64,000 nt of DNA from Cirrosporium novae-zelandiae (lineage: Eukaryota): assembly GCA_026023565.1 (NCBI GenBank), contig JAPETS010000012.1:620001-684000 (forward strand), in the 5' to 3' direction. Under the pieces are notes generated by a model that searched no databases, had not been told where the DNA came from, and worked only from the letters and a program-made list of their open reading frames with translations. Shown one piece after another: positions 24,133 to 36,660 of the stretch (its first letter is position 1; every line of letters begins with the position of its first letter). Made by a program: the position numbers and the translations under genes.

Positions 24133-25481
24133 GTCTGCTCTCTACTGTAATAGTAGTATAGTACAAGTACAGTAAAATATTATATTTGGTTATTCGGTTC
24201 TTTTGTATATCATTTTTTTCGATATAATTATATACTTTCTTTTTTTTTTTTTGGTTGGTCTGGTAGGCGTAGGGTAAGTGCATAGGGATACCTTGTATGT
24301 GTATATATTTCTTTCGATATTGGGGGGGAGGGAGTTGATTATAACTATAAGTATAAAACTTGGAATAAGAAGGTATTGGCATACCTATCTCCTCCTTCTC
24401 CTTCTCCTCCTCCCCCTTTCCATCCCACCCATCCACCCATCCACCCATCCCTCACATCCCCCTCACATACTTAACCTCCCCCCCCCCCCCTCCACATCCC
24501 TTTCTCCTTTCCCTCCGGCCCCCCAAAAAAAATTATCATCCTTTTTTATTTATTTACAGTTTTTCATATTTATAATCCTATTATTCTTATTATCCCCCTT
24601 CACTCCCTTTCCCCTCTTCCCCTCATCCCCTCTCCCTTCTCTATCTTATATTCTTATTTATTATTTCTCATATATTTATAGAGTTAACCCTCATTTTTTT
24701 AAATTTTTTTTTTAATTGTGCCATTTGCAGTTGGATTTTATATTTATTTATAGACTAGAAGTAAATATAAATAAAGAGAGAAAAAAAAATTTAACTTTGT
24801 TGGTTTTCTTGGTTTTAGCGTTCTAGTGATAGAAAGAGGGAGGGTTTGGTAGGATGTAATATGTATTTTTTTGTCTAGGGCTTGATCGTATAATTGAATA
24901 ATAATAATAATATAAGCCAGGAATGGGAATAAGGAAGGTATGGCTATTACGAATCTTCTCCTCTCTCTTTTCCTTTTCCTTTTATTCAAATATTCAGATC
25001 CAGGTCCAAGTCCAAGTCCAAGTCCATTCATTCCCCCTACCTAATTAAACCCCACCCCCCCTTCCAAAAAAGAAAAAGAAAAAACAAAATCACCATCCTT
25101 TTTTATTATTATTATTGTGAGATTGAGATAAAGCGATAAAGTGATGGAGCATCTCCATTCCAATGCCGAATGCCCTCCCGAACTCCATCCTTCCCATATC
25201 CCGCCCACCGACTCCCCTTCCGAACGCCTAAAACGCCCAATGCCGAACACACCTTTTCCAGGAAATATTAATCTGATCCAACTAATAGGGATAGGGTTAT
25301 GTGAAACTTGTTCTCTCCGAAGAAGATAGAAGAAAAAAGAAAACGCATATTCCAACTTTTTAGTATCTTTGATCCTCAATACCAATACATCCCCTCCTAA
25401 AAAACCAAAGCCTCTCTGCACAATCACAATCACAGCCACAATCTCAGTCTCAACTCTCCTGATTTCCCATCATCATTATAA

Positions 25482-26570
25482 TCAAGCCCAAGCGCTCTCA
25501 TTCTCACGCGTAGTCGTCCAAACATTCATACGAGTCAGCGTACTAGTCATCGTAATGGTAATGGTAGCCCTCTCTGTCTGAGGCATCGGCGTAGGCATAG
25601 TTGGAAAGTCCTCATGGTCCTCATAGTCGCACCGCCGGCCAACGGGGGCGGGAGTTGGGTTGTAGTTGCAGTTGGGCGTAGAAGGGGAGGTCAAGTAAAC
25701 CAATTTGAATGTATAGCTCGAGGAGGCATCTGTAACGGTGGGGTATGGGACTTTTCCAATTATGGCAGGGGGGTAGCCTGGGACGTGGCCGGCTGGTAGG
25801 AGGGGAGGTTGTTGTGGTTGTTCTTGTTCTTGGCGGGGTTGTTGTTGTTGTTGCTGTTTTTCTTGGCGGTAAACTCGTTTGCCGAATGGTTGTGGTGGCA
25901 ATGGGGATGGTGCGTGTAGGAGGATTTCGTCGCGGTCGACTACGCGGGTGGTGTGATTTGCGTCTACGAGGGGATGACCGTAGATTCCTTGGAAGAATAG
26001 TGGTCGCGGCATCGTGGATGCTGCTCGCGGGAGGATTATGCTGGTGGTGTGGTTTGGAAACGGGGCTTGGGTATTGGTAGTAGTGTGTCCGTTTGCGTTC
26101 ACGAGAGAGGGGAGTGGGACCCGTTGGTTTGATTGGAGCAGTGGTGGTCGTGGTATTGGAGATGCTTCTCGTGGGAGGATTATACTGGTGATATGTGGTC
26201 GTGGCATCGGGGATGCTTCTCGTGGGAGATTTTTGTGAATGTCGATCACGTGGGTGGTGTGGTGTCGGAGCGGGGTTTCAGTATTAATAGTAGAGTGACC
26301 GTTTGCATTTACGAGGGGGTGGGTGTGGACTCGTTGGCCTGGTAGGAAAAATGGTGGTCGTGGCACCGGGGATGCTACTCGTGGGAGGATTCCACGGGCC
26401 AAGGCTGGCATCGAATAGTTAGTGGGGGGGAAGAGAGATGCGAAGGTGGCGGATGGAACATCGGCGGGTAGAGTGGGTGTAGGCCAGATCCTACGAGGGA
26501 GTGCAACAGCGGAGGGGATGGTGAGAGCTAGGAGGGTGAGCCCCTGCAGGGCGGTGGTGGGAACACGCAT
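25482..26570 (-). CDS. Secreted Pro/His/Thr-rich repeat protein, putative Kex2-processed peptide precursor
   Basis: Signal peptide MRVPTTALQGLTLLALTIPSAVA. Four LPR-(V/E/A)A-S(P/T)-xP-RP repeats and repeated LV(N/D)AN(G)H(S/T)T blocks. Confidence 0.65.
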   Translation of the reverse strand: MRVPTTALQGLTLLALTIPSAVALPRRIWPTPTLPADVPSATFASLFPPTNYSMPALARGILPRVASPVPRPPFFLPGQRVHTHPLVNANGHSTINTETPLRHHTTHVIDIHKNLPREASPMPRPHITSIILPREASPIPRPPLLQSNQRVPLPSLVNANGHTTTNTQAPFPNHTTSIILPRAASTMPRPLFFQGIYGHPLVDANHTTRVVDRDEILLHAPSPLPPQPFGKRVYRQEKQQQQQQPRQEQEQPQQPPLLPAGHVPGYPPAIIGKVPYPTVTDASSSYTFKLVYLTSPSTPNCNYNPTPAPVGRRCDYEDHEDFPTMPTPMPQTERATITITMTSTLTRMNVWTTTRENESAWA

Positions 26571-27594
26571 TTTGTTTTTTGGTGTGTTGTGAGAGATGCT
26601 TAGATGGAGGAGATGTGGGTTTGTGTCGGGCGTAGATGTGGTTTGTGTGTCTAGTGTAGATGTGGTTTGTGTATCTAGCTGAGAAAATATTTGCTTCTAA
26701 CGGGAGAAAGGTGGGAAGATGGGGCCTTTATAAAGAAATTTCGGTAGAGCCTTGTGGGTTGTTGAGGGGCTTGGGCGCTGGTATGTGGGATTGTGCGGTG
26801 GTCAAAACAACACCTTCTTGGAAGAAGAGTTCGGGATTGGTACGATGCTCCGAGACAAGGTAGGATGATTAAAGAGTTAAATCATTCAAAGCAAGCGGAC
26901 ACGCCGGATTTGTGTGATGTTGAGATGCTGATATATAATTTTTTTAATCTCGGCGGCGAGTAATGTTATATTTGAACACTCATTTTGCCAGAGATATATA
27001 GACAACGTCATTAGCTAGCTTCGACGAAATCCCTATGAGACACCTTAAAGTGGTTCTTTCAATGACCGACAAGAAGGAGAGACAAGACTAGTACGGACTT
27101 GGTAGAAAACCTTCTCGGTGATGGGTAGAAATGAAAATGATCAGACCTTATAAAAACCTTCAAGAACGCTCTGAACCATGCCCTAACTTTACCAGGTCTC
27201 ACCAAAATCTTAAAAGCAAAAATTATTTTCAACCTGTCACTCTGACTCAAGGATTAGGCGGGAAGCTAGAGGAATTAGAGAAATAAGGTAAATAACTATA
27301 CTTTATAGAGGTATTCAAAAGTGAGCTGGAGAACAAAAAATTATCGAGAGAAAGGGGGATATTTGTAGTGATAACCATCCGAGTGGTCTGAATGTATTGC
27401 TTGTTGAATAAAATTTCAGAAATAGACCAATGCCTAATCTCGACACCTACTCTTCAACAATTTGGCTTTAGAGCTGCAAAGGCTCTGATGACTCTCATAA
27501 GTGAACATTCTGTCACCGAACCAGGTATTATGCCTCAAGTGATTTATTAGTAGAACATTTTCCATCGTAGTCAATACTCATCCATTGTATTGAC

Positions 27595-28670
27595 CTAGTT
27601 TCCATTTGCTTTAATCCTGTCAAAGACTTCCAGGGTATGTTCCCAAATTTTCTGGCCTTTCCCTTCATCCATTGCCTTCTTCAACACCTCTTTTGTTGGC
27701 GCAGCTTCGCAATCCCAGTCTACCAGATATGCGCCACTTCCCTTATTACCATTAGATCCTACTAAAATCTCGGCGTCGTCTGGGGGAGGAACACCAGCTG
27801 ATGTAGTAGTCTTTGCTGGAGGATAACGCGCCGATGTAGCGACGAACAAATGTCTTTCTCCGGCATCCTTAATAGGAATTGTTATAGGGGTAAGTAGCGG
27901 GATCACAATCCACCTCATTACGAAAGCAACCGGAGCCGAGAATCCAGCCTGCAGAATGTTCGTTTTCACAACCCCAGGATAGGTATGAATAAAACTGATT
28001 GTCGGGTATCGCCTAGAGAGTTCTTCCATGAAGAGACTCGTCATAGTAGTTGGTTGGTTTGCAGCGTTAATTAGGGAATACTTTTCACGGAGTTCCAGGT
28101 CAGGCTCAATCAATGCTTGCTCTCTGCCAGCAGCGCAGACGGAGATAACACGTGGGGATGATGATAACGTAAGTAGGGGTAAAAGGTTAACTATGAACCG
28201 CATACGCATGTAATAACGAACGGCCAGAAGATTATCCAAGCCATTGGCATTTTCTATTCAAATATTAGCCAAGGAAATTATTGATGCCATATAAATAGTG
28301 ACTACTGACCAGTTCTTCCGGAAAATGTCAAGTATCCAATACTCACAACTAGCAGGTCTAGTCTCTTCGTCTGCTGCTTAATCTCATCGCATACTCTATC
28401 CACATTCTGTAGTAAGGAAACATCAGCTTTGACAAATCTATATGTTCCTTGTGGGTTTAGTTTGCGTAGGCGGTCCTGGAGTTTGGATGCCGATGTCTCG
28501 TTTCGACCAACAAGATATGCAGTTGGCTTGTTTGTATATTGGGCAAATTGTTCAACCGTAGTCATCCCAATGCCACTTGTTGCGCCAACAAAAACAGCTG
28601 TGGGCTCTTGGCCAATGGGGGAAGAGTGAATCTTCGCGTTAGAGGCGCGGACGGTGTCAATTTGAACCAT
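27595..28670 (-). CDS. Short-chain dehydrogenase/reductase, two exons
   Basis: AVFVGATSGIG Rossmann motif, GLDNLLAVRYYMRMRF, SFIHTYPGVVKT and GERHLFVATSARYP. Intron GTCAGT...GCTAAT...AATAG at about 28254-28308. Confidence 0.9.
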
Positions 28671-29575
28671 GGTGTATTACATGTATTTGGGGAGTAGATG
28701 TTGATATGATTTGTTAATGGAAAAGAGCGCAATGTCAGGTATGGAGACGGAAACAGAAACGCGATGGTAACGGTATATATAGCCCTAGAAGACTTATACC
28801 ATCAATCACGCAATACAATAAAGAGTACCTAGGAAAGAAGAGAATGATACAGGCCATGCGATATTCGAGATTACGCATAAACGGCGATTGAATCGTCCGG
28901 AGGCAGAGATATTATGTAAGGCCGAGTCCGAACCTCCGAACCTCCGAACCTCCGAGGAGGATTTTGTGGGTTCAAACACAAGAAATGTTCAATATAGAAC
29001 AATATATAGGCTGGTTGATAGATTATCGCATCGCCTTTCACCTGATCCAAGGCTCGGCCGGAGGTTTATTTAGGCCGACCTTATCTGACGATAAGTAAAG
29101 TACAAAAGCTCCAGTGCGTGCCTCTAGACCATAATATTACATCAGATAAAGTTGTTGGAAAAAATACTCTAATCTCCAACAGCCGAGAGATCCACATCAA
29201 TTACGCGCTTCACACAGTTCCCACGGCTAAGTCTAACTTGGAAATATCCATTACAGTGAATTAATATTATAATCTATCGATATACAGTGAGAATATCAAG
29301 ACCCGAGATTTTAGATATCGAGCTCTTCTATTTTTCATGATACGAAGCCGAAAACCATACAGCGTACTCAGCTAGACATTAGAACTAGGAACTTTGCGAG
29401 GGACATGGCACGTCCAACAGGTTTCATATGAAGATTACATTGTAGCAGCCACCGTAACGTCCTCTCGTTGCTATCTTCACCCCTCCTTCAACCATCTATT
29501 AGTAAACAAAAATAGGCATGATAACTAGACCGCCGCATCCCCAACACCCATCACTTCATCCTCCTTCAAATAAAT

Positions 29576-30510
29576 TTATGCGAAGAGTGCAATGGCACCC
29601 ATGACCATGGCAGTCAGAGCAGATGAGACCTGGATAGCGGAAGCACCGCTGTCACTAGGGCTAGCGGTGGAGCTAGCACTGGAGCTGGCAGATGCACTTC
29701 CAGTGCTGGAAGCATCGGAAGAAGCATTGGCGGTCTTGGAGGAGCCGGTCTTGGTCGCAGTGGACATGGTCGAAGCACCGGAAGAGGTAGCGGTGCTCTT
29801 GGATGAAGCAGAGGAAGTAGCAGAGCCTACAAATAATAGTTGTTAGTTAACAGCATCGCAAAGAGTTTATATAGGCGTACCCGAGCTAGCGGAAGCCGAA
29901 GAAGCAGACGAAGCCGTCGAACTGGCGGAGGAAGTACCTGTGGAAGAAGCTGATGCGGATGAAGAAGACGAAGAAGAGCCGGAGACGGTGAATTTCTCAG
30001 ACTGGGCGAGAATGCCATCATTGTCGACATTGACGAGGTTGACTTGGTAGTTGTCACTGTAGAAATGGATATCAGCATTTGGGGCTTTCCATGTCAGCAA
30101 TTGAACAAAAAACATACCCAGAGGTTACGTCTGAGAGGCCAGAAACGGTGTAAGAACCATCGGAGGTGGAAACACCAGAGGCGATAGTCTTGCTGACTGT
30201 TGGGTAGACATTCATATTAACAAGAACAATGTCGACAGTCGATGGGTCGGAGCTATGGAAAGATTAGAACAATGCACCTCAGATGACCAAATACTAGGGG
30301 CAATTCCTACCTAACAGAGTCCCATTTGATAGTCTGCTTGCTGGAGAAATCCCATGAATCATCCTCGCTGGGGGATTCGACCTCAAGGGCTGGTTGAACA
30401 AGTTAGAAAATGTTTGCGATTCCAATGGGGACGGTGGCGAGCAAAATTCAACACATACCAATAACGGAGGCCACGAGGGCAAGAGTAGGGAAGATGAATG
30501 CGGCCTTCAT
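29576..30510 (-). CDS. GPI-anchored Ser/Thr-rich cell-wall protein with Kre9/Knh1-like N-terminal domain, multi-exon
   Basis: Signal MKAAFIFPTLALVASVI, then IKWDSVSSDPSTVDIVLVN and YQVNLVN...GILAQSEKFTV, a Ser/Thr tract and a hydrophobic GPI tail SALTAMVMGAIALFA. Confidence 0.85.
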
Positions 30511-32012
30511 ATTGATTGATTACTAGAAAGATTGTGTAGGTGGGTAAAAGCGAGAGTGGATTATTGAGCGAATGTAAAAAATTAATAGACAAAAGAATGA
30601 TGTCTTGGATGATTCAAAGTGTGTCTTGAAGAGAATGGAATGATTTGAAGGTAAGAAGAAAAAAAAAGAAACAAGATATCAGCAGGCAGAATAGATATTA
30701 AATGATAGTTTGATCAGACAGGGCATGAGATGACGGTGGGCAAGGACCCAGTTATTTTGGGAGGACGAGGGGGACGAGGGGAAGCGATTTCAAGCGAAGA
30801 GCAAACTGTGTTGGACGCCGGTCCATTCCCATAGTCTGTTTCCCTTCAGCCCCTATCTCCTAGGGCTGGTTAGGTGTTGACTAGGACTACATTTGGTAAA
30901 GGTCAAGTAGCTAATTGATCATTAGAAACTATTTAGTCAAGACCTTGACCAGACCTTAATGAGATGAATATGGACAAGGATCGCCATAAGGAGCCAATTC
31001 AATACATTCAATACCATTCCATACCATTTCCACCCAGAAATAGCAGAAATAGCAGAAATCGCAGAAATTATTACATAGGGACAATCCCCATATCGCCCTG
31101 CTTCTACTCGCCCTACCTGAAACTAACAACCTTAACGCCAAGACCTCGAGTTTTCCATAGCGGACCACATGGATACGAGAAAGTAGTCAACTAACTACTT
31201 CGGTAGCCATTACAGCTTGACCCAACTGCCAGCATCATAGTTAAAATATCCTCTCTTACCATACTCCTCAAATAGAAATCCATCATCACTTTTAAATAAC
31301 GGTGTGTACGGGCGAGCACCTATTTAGACAGACAGAAGATAGGGCATTTTCGAATATAGCATCCGAAATGACTGGTCTAAGTTAGCATCAACTGTTCGCC
31401 TTACACGGCACCTTTCAGATCTGCAACACATCCATGTTTCATGCACAAAATCATGCACACCCAACTCACCATATCAAGTTATCCTGAATCTCCTTCGGAT
31501 AATGGCCAGGCTTGGAATTATTCGTTAATCTCTGCCATCTATGTCATGTAGGTCATGTAGGTCATGTAGGTCATGTAGAGTCATCGGCAAGGAAAAGACG
31601 GGAAAGGGCATGCACCTTTAGCTTTTTCTCTTTATCCCGGTGCAGGTACCAAATTGGATCCTTCAAGGTCCAAAAGTTAATCCCAGTCAAGTTTTCATCT
31701 TGGTCAGCCCTCGCTTTGATGCTCAATCAGGGGAGAGGAACGAGCAAAAGCATCCCCAAGGCATTTCCTGTTCCTAACAGGACTCAGCCGCCAAGTTCCA
31801 AGTTACTAAAGGGTAAAAACAAGGCCAATCGAAATCAAGTAAATGCTTCTAGAATTGATTCGGTGGGAAATCGGACCTTGAATGGTCTGTCCATTCTCGT
31901 ATTCACCAACCGTTTGTTGCACCAGGGGTGGCCAAAGGAACGGGGAGACCACTTTCCAAAAATTAAAAAGATCCTTGTCGTGCTTTGGGAATATTAATAT
32001 TCCACTCCGAAG

Positions 32013-32039
32013 CCCTAACCCTACTATCGACTCACGTGA
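32013..32039 (+). promoter_or_regulatory. Telobox-like CCCTAACCCTA plus E-box TCACGTGA in the zuotin promoter
   Basis: Both motifs lie 174-200 bp upstream of the zuotin ATG. Confidence 0.45.
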
Positions 32040-32212
32040 TGATATCGGTGGTCGGAGTAAGAAATCGAATCAACCAATAACATTTCGAGCCACTAAAAGA
32101 TCTAAATCTACATGACAACAATTTTTCGAAACACAATCGGAAATCCACCAGCATTCACTCTTCCACCTACCATCTTCCCCACCTTTAATCCCCAAGATTA
32201 AAGTACCTCGAG

Positions 32213-33611
32213 ATGGCAGCAGCAGCGCATGTGGTTCTTCCATTACCTCCTCTTCCCTCGGGTTGGACTGGAGGTGATCGTGATTTCAAGGCTGTAGATG
32301 CCCTCTCCTCAGCCTCCAATCGTAGTCTTGAGCCCGTAGGCCCTCACTTCCTCGCTCATGCAAGAAGAGTAAGATGATCCACGATCCCTCACATCTCCCT
32401 GTCTGGCCCGCTGACTTCCCAAACAGAAGCGTCATCATCGTACTTTCTCCGAGGATGATCGTATCGAAGCCCTGAAGCATACCCGCAAGACCGAAGACAC
32501 TCCCGATGCCTCGGACTCCGAGGAAGAAGATCCTCTGATGCTCCAACGGGATGCCAAAGATTGGAAATCACAAGATCATTATGCTGTATTAGGTCTATCC
32601 AAATATCGCTACAAGGCTACCGATGAGCAGATTAAACGGGCACATCGCAAGAAGGTCCTGAAGCATCACCCCGACAAACGTGCCGCTCACGGTGAAGGAG
32701 ATGATGACTCTTTCTTCAAATGCATCCAAAAAGCCACCGAGATTCTATTAGACCCTGTCAGACGTCGCCAGTGGGACAGTGTCGATCCAGCTGCTGATGT
32801 TGACCCACCCTCGAAAAAGCAAACTCAGAAAGGAAACTTCTACAAGCTCTGGGGTCCTGTGTTTGCATCAGAAGGACGCTTTTCAAAAATACAACCAGTT
32901 CCTAAGCTCGGGAATGAGAAAAGTACCCGCGAAGAGGTGGAAGAATTCTACAATTTCTGGTACAATTTTGACAGTTGGCGTACGTTCGAATATCAAGATG
33001 AAGATGTACCCGATGATAATGAAAACCGTGACCACAAACGACATATTGAGCGTAAGAACGCAAATGCCCGACGCAAGAAGAAGACCGAAGATACTACCCG
33101 TCTAAGAGAATTAGTGACCAAGGCTCAAGATCTCGACGGACGTATCAAGCAATTCAGGGAGCAGGAGAAGGCAGCTAAGAACAAGAGGAGACTAGAGAGA
33201 GAAGCCGAGGCCAAGAAAGAAGCCGAAGAAAAGGCCAAGGCCAAAGCGGAGGCGGAGAAATTACAGAAGGAGAAGGATGAAGCGGAGAAAGCCCAAAAGG
33301 CCGAGGGCAAGAAAGCTAAGGAGGCAGCGAAGAATGCCGCAAAGAAGAACAAGCGTGTCTTGAGAGGGAGTGTGAAAGACGTCAATTACTTTGCTGATGG
33401 TACAGCAAGTCCGGGTCAGATCGAAGCCGTGCTCACAGATGTTGACCATCTCATCGCCAAGATCGATAACGAGGAATTAGCCAGCTTTGCGGCAGAGTTG
33501 AATGGAAAAAAGGATCCCGCTGTTGTAAAGCAGGTTTATGCAGACGGGGTGAAGAGGCTTATTGGAGAAGGAAAGCTGAAGGAGGGAGAGATCAAAGTTC
33601 TAACGACTTGA
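32213..33611 (+). CDS. ZUO1: Zuotin, ribosome-associated J-domain chaperone; one intron at about 32369-32426
   Basis: EPVGPHFLAHARR, QDHYAVLGLSKYRY, J-domain HPD (HHPDK), FWYNFDSWRTFEY and a charged middle domain. Confidence 0.97.
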
Positions 33612-34472
33612 ACGACACAAGATAGACTTGTATGATAAATGCTCTCTGGATTCCTCGGTTTAATGATAGACTTTTGAATCTTTCCAATTACGATGCTTCC
33701 GGTTGATATTCTAAATTACAAATTTTTCAATACCACATTTCTCAAGCGCAAGGTGCTTTATAACAAATGACAGAAACCAACCCGGAGGAACCTGTGATTG
33801 CTGAAAAATGGTTCAGACGAGACTACGATCCATGGACAAAGGGATATCTTATAGCTGCTTGCTTTTATTGTCATCGATGTATAAAACTGCGCCTGGTCGA
33901 TGGTGATGGGGGTTTCATTCCAACATGCTATCAGAGATGTGCTTACTAGAAACGCTTCATAAGTTAGCAATAGCACTATAACTAGCCAAGAATTTTTCCC
34001 TTGAAATATTTAGGTCTTTTTAGCCAACGCTCTCCTAATTGCTATTATTTAATAACCCACTGCTTCTATCATTTGCTTAGCTTGCTCCTACTCGGTCGGT
34101 CTTGTAGTAGTACTCGTATTGTTTTTTATATTCACCGCAAGTTGACAGCGCATATGTGTAAGTAAACCAATCATTGAATCATTGACTCCAAACATCATGA
34201 AACTTTACGGCAATTCCATACCACCGAGGTAATGTCATGGCTAGAATCTTACAGGTGAAAGAAAGCGAGCCTTCCTATTCACTCATTCGTGAAGAATCGT
34301 AACGTTTTTTGTGAAACCAGCAACACGACGGTCCCTGCATCTACCACTACATCAATTGAATGAGCTCTCACGACCTTAGCTCCAGGTGCTCTCATCAACG
34401 CGACCAAGGGGATTCCGTGAAAAAAAAAATCTGCTCAGGATTCTTGTTTCTCCAAATTGAGACCCTCTCATC

Positions 34473-34619
34473 ATGCCAATCCAAATCTCCTTGGAGGCCT
34501 CGGCTCAAGACTCTGCTTCAACAACTAAAATATCCCAAGCACATTTCCCATTCCTCTCTCTCTCGCCAGAACTCCGAAATGAAGTCTACAAGCATATTGT
34601 CGGAGATATCCTACCATAG
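34473..34619 (+). pseudogene. Relic of an F-box-like protein gene
   Basis: ATG-initiated 48-aa frame containing FPFLSLSPELRNEVYKHI, then TAG and stop-ridden downstream sequence. Confidence 0.45.
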
Positions 34620-36059
34620 AATCCATCTTGTGCAAGGCTCAAGCATAGAGTGCAATGCCGTGAGGACCGCAAAGGATAAGATCGCACCCATGTCATGAAC
34701 TTTCTCTGCTCCTTGATTTAGGAAGATTGATCGATTGAGACGGTAGCACTGGGATGAAAGCTGGTATGCATTATGAAGGTATTGTCATGGGAACAATAGA
34801 CTACCATGACAACTTATAATATCCATGGATTGTTTGACAAATAGATTCTCAAAGAATGATGTCTGGGGGGGTTGCTAGCTTTTCAAATAGTAGCATCAAA
34901 ATCTCCGAAATTATGATAAAGGGCCTCTGTATGTAACCGAACTGATATCTGATGATCTGAAGCAAGCACTGGATCCAAAACATCCCGAGAATGTTTCAAA
35001 ACTTACCCATTTCCAATACGATGGTAAAGAGGAGTTCGGATAAATGCAGAGAAAAAGGTCACATAATTAATCAAAATATAGCAGTCACTTCGTTTGAAAT
35101 ATTTCTTTAATCCCGAGGTTAATTAATACTATTCAAATTTATAGATGGTTAGGATTACCTCTAACTTCCCCTAACTATGAACTCCGGACCGAACTAATAT
35201 ACTAACACACTTGAATAAATAAGGATGTGAGACCTGGGTGACTTAATTGAATATCTGGATCAGTACATGCATGAAATTCTGTGGATTACCTAGTTGGACC
35301 GAGAGATTCTTTACACGGTAGTGTTAGGGTGCGAGCCCCAATGGCCCGTGCTCTCACCCACTGTGTAGCAAAGGAGAAAACTCTCCCTCCTTCTCCTTCT
35401 CCACTTTGAGCTCTTGTCACCTCATCATCCTTTATCTCACATGCAAAAGAAAGGGTTCAAATCCTTTTGGATACATCTTGAAGGTTCTCCTTAATACTAA
35501 CATTCCCATTTCTCAGACCTTGGATGAAATCAACATTTCTAAAACCCATTTCTTCAAAATGCTACCTTCTTTCTGGATTACTGCTGTTGGCTATAGGCCC
35601 ATGAGTTACTGCTAAAAGAAATAGGAGTAGGATTTACTTTTCCTGAGAAACCTCACTACCTTTCAATAGTGCGAAGATGATGATTCGAACCAGTGGCTCC
35701 TATGGACAATACCATCACTGGATGTTACCTACAGTAGCATAACAAAAACTTCTACGGTCGGACTTCGATGATTGCTCTAATAAACATTTCATTCTGTGTG
35801 ATGCAGCAACGCTATATAATACGTATGCGATTAACAATATAGGTAAGGATCAACGCCTAGGTGGCCGTGTGGTGCTCTGGATTACACCGATGGTAGCCCT
35901 CAAATACGCCTTGCCAGGAAATGAACAAATACCGATACCCATGAAAGCATTATCCCTCGTGTGGTATCGCTCGACCAGTCCCTGCAGCAAAATACGAAGG
36001 AAAAGAGCCTAGGTAGGCTTGGTGCAGTCTAGTCGCCCAAATACCTTAACTTGCAACCA

Positions 36060-36660
36060 TTAAAAGACCAACTCGAAGTCGTCCTCATCAGCAGTATAGC
36101 CATCGGTCTCACTGTCAACATCTTTCGTGATGACTTCATATTCTTCCTTGATCAATTTCTCAGTTTGTTTCTTCTCAAATCTGTCAACAGCTTCTGCAAC
36201 AGCTGTGCTCAGGATCTGACTTCCCCTTCCAGGACCTTGAGCAGCATCAAATGAATACATTATGCCTGCATCGGGTTCTGGAGCTGCGCTCGCTTCATTG
36301 ATATCCTCGTCAGTGGAGGTATCGGATGAAGTTACTTCGGCGATATCACCCTCGATAGTCAAGCGGTTACCATGGTTGGCCTTGTTGGGTTTGGAACGCA
36401 TGCTTCGCTTTATTGCCTTCTTGCTATATTCACAGGATACATTAGCATGTTGTTGGATGCTTACAACTCATCAAAGTAACTTACACTGAAGCGCTTTCGG
36501 GTTTCATAGGTCTTACAGTATCAGGAATCTCGTTCCAATACTGTCGTCCTGGCATAGGACGTTCTCCAAGACCCCATTTAGTCTTGGCATCACGGTCTCT
36601 CTTGGCTTCTTTGGCTGCCTTGCGAATTTCCAAGACAGACATAGTGGCTTTAGATGGCAT
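36060..36660 (-). CDS. Conserved fungal hypothetical protein, two exons (start uncertain)
   Basis: Intron GTAAGT...GCTAAT...TATAG joins ...ESASV|KKAIKRSMRSK.... C-terminal YSFDAAQGPGRGSQILSTAVAEAVDRFEKKQTEKLIKEEYEVI. Confidence 0.7.

Noticed and set aside
24017..25439. ORFs in AT-rich low-complexity DNA
   Set aside because: Translations of simple repeats (poly-F/L/P/K) without family motifs.
35676..35880. tRNA-like boxes (GGTTCGAATC on the minus strand near 35685; TGGCCGTGTGG near 35862)
   Set aside because: No T-stem pairing or cloverleaf, and the boxes are on opposite strands.
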